Positions 13,701-22,700 of a stretch of 64,000 nucleotides of DNA are shown in pieces (positions within the stretch are counted from its first letter, which is position 1; the number at the start of each line of letters is the position of its first letter). Origin of the DNA: Phallusia mammillata (Eukaryota); assembly GCA_965637545.1 (NCBI GenBank), contig OZ281495.1, positions 2,728,001 through 2,792,000 of the forward strand, in the 5' to 3' direction. The notes under the pieces are model-generated. The model had not been told where the DNA came from. It saw only the letters and a list, made by a program, of their open reading frames with translations, and searched no databases. Both the position numbers and the translations under genes were made by a program.

Positions 13701-16700
13701 TTAGCCAGTTGTTTTGTTATTTGTAGGATGTGGATTAACTGCAAAGGACCGACTTGTATGATGAATATAAAAGTGAGTTTGCAAAGGTGGCTTTCTGTTT
13801 GAGAAGAAAGTGTTTTGACACGTGCATTTTTCTGGTATGTATGTTCATTTAACCTAGTTGTTCTGTGATACATATCTAGGATAACGGTAATTGGTGATTC
13901 TGTTCATTTTTTAGATTTATTGGAGATTATTTCCAAATATTACAGTCTATACAGCTCCAAATTGAAACACAAATATTATCAATTAATTCTAGGATAATAA
14001 AGTACAAAATGCAAGCCAGTTCTAAAGAGTGTCCCTTGTCATTGTAAAAATATTCAGTCACAATCTTCCAACTTTACTTTTTAATAAAAAACTGAAACTG
14101 TAATTTGTTTTATTTTAAACACAGGAAAAAAGAGAAGCAAAAGAAATTTTCTTTAGAGAAAGTGTTTTGACATGGAAAGTCCTTTGTATGGATTGTAGAA
14201 CTTTTGTACAGTTGCTTTATATCACATGTTTTATTTGGAATACCCATTTTTATGCATATCCCTGTATGTTGCCCAGCTTAGTACATCACACAATGTTTAG
14301 TAAACTACAAATGCAGGTGATTTACTCAATTTGTCATAAGCGTCTGATATGCCATTTTTTGTGTGCACATCCTCCACCAATTCTTACACATATAACCAAA
14401 TTTTGTTGTTGTTGTTTTTATGTATACCATTGTTTCAACATGTCATTTTCATTTCACCTTTTTATTACTACACAAGTTTTTAGTGTTTGTCATGAATTTT
14501 AATGTACTTTAACAATTACATTAACATCTGTGATTACCAGCATTATTTTAAATAAAACAAAAACAATGTTGTTACTTATGTCAGTGTTTGCTTGTATGTT
14601 ACATAGAGCCTGTATATAAGTCACTAGTAATTTCAACTTTGTGTGTCACCTTTACAAAATCCCATAACCATTCACCATGGCTGTCATGTTTTGATTTTTA
14701 TGTTGAATCTGTCCACATGTTTGCATATCTTTAACTTTATCACTTCTTTTTTAGCACAACCCAAACCATTACACTTTATATATGGTTGACCCTTGGTTCA
14801 AAGCTTGAAGCACGAATCACAACTGATTTCATTTCAGTTGTGTATTTTTGCAAGTAGACAACCAAGTACCAACTAAAGATAAAGAGTAATGTTTGGGTTT
14901 GGTCCCAAAAGAAGTGTTTAAGTTAAAGATATGCAAACATGTGGACAGATTCAACATAAAAATCAAAACATGACAGCCATGGTGAATGGTTATGGGATTG
15001 TTTGAAGGTGACATAAACATAGTCGGCTTGGATTTAGCCACTGAAACCAAATTGGCTTAAAACCATCCGGCTAGAAACGGGTCGTGGAAAAACCATCCGG
15101 CTAGAAACGGGTCGTGAAATGCTGTGCTGGTGATTATCGATGATGTGAGTGGAAGATTTTTAAAACCTGTTTTTTTCTTAGCCACTAGAGGTCGATGCAA
15201 AAGCCCATAAATAAAAAAAGAGGGGAAGGTAAACTTTGGGTGGCCTTTAAATGTCTGTCAAATTCTGGTGGGTAATAAGACATGCTTTTGATTTCCGCGG
15301 TTTGTTGGGACGATAGGTAGCGGAAACAGTTAAATGGTTCATATACTAGCGTGGCGAGTTTTCTGTGTGGTGGGAAGTTTTTAAACCTTATGGCCAATTT
15401 TCTAATGTTGCCATGGTAATCACATCTCGAGAATTTTTAAGTAGCTACAAACAAACCTAAAACCACAATTTAATTGAACATAATGTGTCAAAACATCCGC
15501 TGTCTGTGGTTTCACCTAGGTTGAATTGTGTACCATAAGTCAAATTAACTTACAAGATTGAAATTCTTTGTCCAGATAGTATTAAATTATTTCTAAAGTA
15601 ATAACTAACACCAACGATTTTGTGACAAACTGCCCTTTTACTATGTGAAATATTTTGAGGTGTTGGTTGTCGCTACACAAATATTGCCTTTCCAGCAAAC
15701 TGGCAGCGGACGCTTGTGGCTTACATTTCATTGCCAACCTTAGAAAAAGAACGTTTTTGCTCGTCTTGACATGTGGAATCATCGACTTCTTGAGGGAAAA
15801 AGTGGGGTCCCCAATTATAACGGTTTAAGGCTTAAATAGGGGTAACATGATTAAAACTCAATTTCTATTCGACCTCTGTGATAAACGAGTTATTGTGGAA
15901 TACAAATTGCTCGCGAACAAAAAAGTTCCGCACCCTGGCATTATTTAACAGAAGTTAAAGGTTCAATGCAAAAATTTATAACAAACGTTACCGGCATAAC
16001 TACGCAATGTAACGGTTCAATGTATCTCATACCTGGTTGTTGCTGGTTGCTGGAGGTGGGGATTTCCCCTTGTTGGATAGAAGTTTGTTCTGCTTCATTG
16101 GCGCCCTCTGTTGGTTCGGTTGATCGTTCCTCGGTGTTGTTTAAAGTGGAAGGCACTAAAATATAAGTGGTTTCACAAATAGACTTTAATTTATCCTACA
16201 GTCGTGTTTAGTTATTTTATCAACGTGACAAAGACACAGAAACGTTTTGTTACAAACTGTCCAGTTACCCAGTGTAATTATGGCCACATAACTATTTGTG
16301 AGCTTAATTTATTGGCTACTTTTTAACGACTTGAATTTGTTTTCACAAAATGATTTGCAGCTTAGCAATGTGTGATATGACGTAATATTTTGCCAAACTG
16401 TTGAAATACGATTTTTAACTATAGGCTGAATACGAAAACAACTTTATATTACTATGTCAGATGCAAAAACCGGGATTTTTATTGCAGAACTGGTTGAGGC
16501 TTAAGTATGAAAACGAAAAATCGTGATTTGAGAAGTCAAGCGCTAAATGTCAACACACGATTTGCAATCATTTTGTGCATAATGTGATTAGTTTACCTGT
16601 TGGTGGTTGTGGTGATTTTCTGTTCAAACGTGAGATAAACTTTCGTACCGTCGTAAACAGTCCTTTGGAACCACGTCTGGTGGGATCTGAACAAAATCAA

Positions 16701-19700
16701 ATTTATTTTTGATTTTGTAATTGTTCTTCAAAAAAGGGTGAAAACTTTCAACAATGTAACTTTCAGCATTGGTATACGATTGATAGAAGTTACAACCAGT
16801 CAATGCATGTTATACCCAGTTGCTGCGGGCTGCTGCTGGTGGAAGTCTCCCCTTGTTGAGGAAATGACTGTACATGCTCTTTTGCGCCATCTGTTGGTTC
16901 GGTTGATCGTTCCTCGGTGTCACCTGATGTGGAGGGCACTAAAATATTGGTGGTTTACTACTAGACACTTTTATACTGTATTGTTTCGTTTTGTAACAGA
17001 AGAATATTACTTATAAACATAGGTTATTTGCTAAAGAAGTGCCGGATTGATTTTGTTTGAGTTGTCAAATATTAACTTTCCACTAAAATATAGTGCGTAA
17101 GACTCCACATATTAAACAGTTGCAAGTGCAGTTGAGAGTTGGCTGCGTAAGCTTCATAACAGCGAAAAGGCCAACCTACGCTGACGGGTTACTGTATGTT
17201 TAAAAACGTTTACAAATTATAAAGGCGAGTTAAAGTTCGGTAAGCCCTGGAATGAAACCAATAGATATAAATCGACTAGTTTATGTTGTTGCTATTTTCT
17301 CGTCTAATCTACTTTCAGCAAAACATTAAAGTTTGAAATTTTCATCAGAAATGGAATAATGCTGTAGGAAGGTTCGTCGCACTTAAAAATTGATAAGGGC
17401 CTCGTTTATCCTGGTGAAAGGCTTTGTAGTTTATGAAAGTAAGAAAATCAAATAGTTGTCAAGTTGTGTTATATCAAAATGTCAATCAGGCGACGATATG
17501 AAAACTGTACACCAACATTCTACTCGTTTGGAAATTATTCGTTTTCTCATGAACGCTTTCGTTCATTTCTATCCATACATCTCTTACACTTACCTGTATT
17601 TTTCACTTCCTTGATTTCCAATATCTGGGTATAAAAATATATATTACAACGAAAGTTTTCCCACATCTGTTTTTAAGTTCACTTTATAAGTAAGCATTAC
17701 ATGCAATGGAACAAATGTAATCTAACCGGTGTCCACGACTGACCTTAAAACACTTCACACTGCGCTATCTGGTTTAACCTCTAAAAAAGTCCACAGCTAT
17801 ATAGGATTGAACGAAAATATTTAATAAACAGCAATATTTATAAGGACACGGTGAAGCTTTCTTCCTACAGAAACAATCAGGCTTTTAAACAGAATTTGAA
17901 ACTATAGGACCCAATGTAAATGGCACAGTTAATAAACTTCCAAACAAGATTACAGTTTTAAGATAAAAAGCCCGTTGTAGGTTTCCAATCTACAATCCAA
18001 CATAAGGATTTAACTTCAGTAAATTACTTGCCTTTTTTGCTTCTTCTTGAGCTGATTCTTCAGTGTTTTGAGATGCTGCTGATGTTGTTGGTGAGTCAAG
18101 TTCCTCAAGAGTGGTGGCGTAGTTTGTTGGAAAAACTCCTTCCTTTCCGTTGCATCGACCTCTGGCCCAACCTTCCTCCTCCTGTGTAATTGCAAGCAGA
18201 AAAAGTTTGACACAAAAGCTTTATAACCTATCTAAAGTTTTATTTTCTACCAATTTACCCAAGAATTTACCCATGTTCATGAAACTGGTAAACATTTTTT
18301 AAATTAACATTGTTTAGAATACTTGACCAATCACTTGACTGGTAAAAAAAGACAAACAATGTTACATCAATCAGAAATAATTGTTCCCCCATAGTGTAAC
18401 CGTTTTTGTAGAAACTGGTCTTGTGGACTCATTAATCGCTTTATTACAAAATAGGTGTAACGTTGTACATTATAACATGGTATTTCACATTTTTTATGTG
18501 TTGTTTATTTTTGTAGTGAAAATGTAGCATTGGGATCCAATAAATACTAAACCATAGGTACCCACATCATTATACACGTCGATTATGTCACCAACTTTCA
18601 ATTGCAGTTCATCGGCGTTTCCTGGTTCGTAGGAATAAGTAACTTCCATTCGTCGTAACACCTCCACATCTGACCACAATAAAGACGAATATTTTTAAGT
18701 CGATTTGCCATTAAACGATAAACGAAAAGTACGTTGTTGAAATATGTTCCAAGTAAAACAAAATAGTTTAACAAAAAATGTTTTTTGGGATTTACAGTAA
18801 GACAGATTTTTCACGAATTCCATTTTAACATCTCGATCAATAGCAAATGTCAAGACCAAATTTTTAAATTATAATTTTTGTTTGTAGAGTTTTGAATCAT
18901 AATGAGGATATTGATTTTGGAACCATGTGCAGCCAATATCTAGTGGACATGAACAAGCTTCTATGGGCCAAACGGGTTGGGGCACCAACAATTGTGGAAA
19001 ACGATGGCAAAACAAACTGACTTCGGAGGTAAAAACCTTTTTTAGAAAATTTAATTTTTTTGTCTTTTTTTGAATATTAGCTCATGATAAAACGTTAAAG
19101 TTTGTTACTACGCAATAAGACATGATGTTAAGTCGAGTTTTATCAAAAACAATAAATCACAGGTGGTTAGATTGTAGAGCCTCGCGACTGGTTCCTCCAT
19201 CGAGCCCCCTGACCCCTTTCAGTCGTGAGATTCCCACTCTGCGCCACATTCACTTTCCTGTGAGCCTGTCACATAACACCTCATAATACAGTGTAGATAC
19301 AATGCATAATGCCACTATCCACTAACTGTACCCGACACTTTTTAGCGCTCTGTAACGTGTTAACTGGAGATGTACCGAATATTCGGTTTGTCGAATTTAT
19401 TCAACCGAATCGGCTACTTTTGCAAAGATTCGGTTTCGGCCGAATAATTTTTTGCGATTCGTCCGAAACCGAGTCTTTTACAAACACACATGTAAAGCGT
19501 TAACGCTTTTCTTCTGCTTAGTACCTACTAAAATCGCGTCAATCATTATATTTTTAACACAATATCGCTTTTCCGACTGCAACAGCAATGCATTGTCGGG
19601 CTGCAAATAATGTTTAAGGCACTGTCAAACCCCACAGAACTAAAATGAGGACGAAACATTAATTGCCTGGTAAATAACTTATGTTTTCATGTCAAACGCG

Positions 19701-22700
19701 TAGGGCACGACTTTATCTGTGATTGGTTTACCTGTAGGTTGCTGTGGTGATGAGCTGCTGGAAGTAGGACGGTTTTCTGTAGGTAACCTTCCAATGTGTT
19801 TTCCTTATGTTACCTTTTCAGCGCTACATATTTATTTATTTCTCTCAATTGCAGATTTTCACGTAATATTGTCTTATTTGATTTATTTCACTGTTCGTTC
19901 TAGTTGCGTGCTTTGTTTCGCATTACCTCGCTGGATTTTTCGCATAAATAGTTGTCGCTCTCGGATGTGCCCAGTAACCTTCATAAATTGTTTTGGCCTA
20001 TGATTGGTCAACCTCCGGTCGGCAGACAGCAGTGTTTTGAGGGACGTTTAGTAAAAGGTCGATTTGCTATATCGATTTGACTTTACGTCGTGGTTATTTT
20101 TTATATATAGAGTATATTTAACTTGATACAATGTTTATTAGCCTATGGAAAAGTTAGGAAGAATCGCAGGGCTTCGTTTACAGAATTGGAAGGGGGCATA
20201 GAATATATTAGATTAGCAGGTTCTTTAAAGCGTTTTTGGTCCAGGTAACATGTGCATCTCATATCCTGGTACTTCTAACACAATGGACCAGAAAAACTTT
20301 TTTAGAAAAGTAATCACTATCACCTGTTTGAATGTTCGCGATTTACTTCATTTATTATTTTTTGGATATCTGGACTCTTTGTGGAATAATATGAACCAAC
20401 TGAACTTCACAAGTTCAGCGGTAAGCCCGTCAAATATCGAAACAAGCACTGTTGCCTGCAAGTCCAAGAAAGACTCTGTCGTGGGTTCGAGTCCCATCAG
20501 AGCCCTTGCCATTTGGAATGATCGGCTGGTTTGGTATACCGCGTTTAAAAGACTGATCCTAGTGATTTAGTTATAACTACGCCGTTATCACTGATCTGAA
20601 TAAACGCTTGAGGGTTGATCCCAGTTACGAAATTACGTGCATCCTAACTGCTTAGCTGTCAGGTTGTTGCTTAACTAAAGCTAAGTTTATTGATGTTACG
20701 AGAAATAACTTTAAACCGGCTCAGGCATAATCGCGGTCGTTCACACACATTTGCGTTAGTCAGGTCATAAGCTTCAAAACAAGCACACAAGTCCCAATTA
20801 TTTGATTCTACGTGTCCATAATTGGTTACCTGCAGGTTGCTGTGGTGATATGCTGTTGAAACGGGCGATCAACTTTTGTACGGACGGGTTGAATTTTTCG
20901 TCATCGTTTCTAATGGCGTCTGAACAAACAAATGGGTGAAATGTGTTTTTTTTCTCACTGCCTATAAGTATTCTTGGTAACAATACGTTTATCAATAACT
21001 AGAAGTTCCTACGAGCCAACGTATCTCATACCCGATTGCTGTGCATTGCTGCTAGTTGGAGTTTCTTCTTGTTCATAAGAAGGCAATTGTTTGTTTTTCT
21101 GTGAGGTGCCGGCTGATGCTAATGACAATAAATCATTGTTGGTTAAGTATTGGTGCTATTGTGTTACCTACAATGATTTTTGTTTTCGCCTATACATATT
21201 TTAATAAATATATAACTTATTTTCGGACCTATTTCCTCGTAAAGTTATACGAGTTGCCGCTAAACCAATATTGACTTTCCACCATACTGGCAACGCATGT
21301 TTGCTGTCGTTTAAGGCAGTGATTTTCAAAGTTTAACACAAATGGCAGAAATAGCTTTTCTTTCATAAAAGTAATTCTCCGCTATCACCACTTTGAATGT
21401 TTCTTCGTGATTTACATCATTTATTTTTGTGTAACAAACAGATTCGTCGTGAAATATTAAAAATATAATTGCGTGGGTCCGTTATCAATTGGTTGAGTGT
21501 GACATTGATTTTAATATGCGCCAAGTGTTCCGCGACTTAAAGTAGGTAAAACAAAAACTGGTAAATTTATAATGATTTTCTAAATTATCGGAATTTCCAT
21601 TATCGTTTTGTCCACCCCATACCTAGTTGCTGCGGTTTCCTGGATGTAGGAGTTTCCCCTTGTTGAGAAGAAGATGGTGACCGTACCACTTGTGCTTCAT
21701 ATATCGGTTTAATTGTCTTTTTTATGGCCGCACTTGTTGTAGAGGGGCCTGAAAGTTGATTGCTTATAGATATCTTTATTTAGTGAAGACATTTGCCTTG
21801 CTTTCCGAGAGAAATAAAACCAAGATTTATTTGAAACATCGTCTGTGCACCGAGTGAAATTGTTTGACGTTCGGTTGCCAAAAGACGAATATTGACTTTA
21901 CAACAAACTGGCAGAGGGCTGTTACGGCTTTATATTGACCTTTTTTAAATCTCAAAAGTTTTAAAAAACGATCGAACAAACAGCAATGTTACGACAAATA
22001 AAACAAAGTTTAATCAATGAAAAATAGTTTTGATTGATCAGATCGGAAATGGAAGACCTGCGGACATTTAGCTCTAAAAGTGCGCTCTGTATAGTTTTGC
22101 CGTTGTAAGAACCAAACCTTGGGATTACATTACACAAAATTGTTAGTGCGGCCTCGCGAGTAGTCAGGTGGCTTCATAAACTGAGCATCTCACCCTAGTT
22201 CTAGTACGGGGATGCTGAAGGTTTTATACGAAAAAACAATTGACATTGTTAAATCCTACTATTTTTTTTTTACTCTGGGAGGATTTTTTACCTTGCTGAG
22301 AAGAAGGCAACTCTTGTACGCCCTCCGCTGTTTCGCTTAACCGTCCTTCGGTTCCACCCGATGTGAAGGGCACTGAAATATAGATGGGTGATATGACAAA
22401 ACGACTTAATACCTTTAGATTTTTTTATGTTACTGTGTAACTTCTGAACCGCCAAGAAATATAACAGATCACATTGTCACATTATCTCTCAACTTAATTG
22501 TTTTGACTACCAGTTCCAAAGCGTCTCGGGCAAGGAAATCTGCTTCTACTCGGGGTTACTTCTTATTATAATAAATTTATATGTATTGACCGATTAATTT
22601 ACCGTGAAAACTTCCGGACCGGGGTGAAAAATGGTGAAGAGGGACGCGTCGACTTTCGCTGACTTGCGGTTGCTCGTCTAAATCCATTTGAGTCAGAGTT

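Noticed and set aside
20481-20497. tRNA-like T-arm/B-box GTGGGTTCGAGTCCCAT (mirror 2394-2410)
   Set aside because: No A-box, D-arm, anticodon arm or acceptor stem found; at most a SINE fragment.
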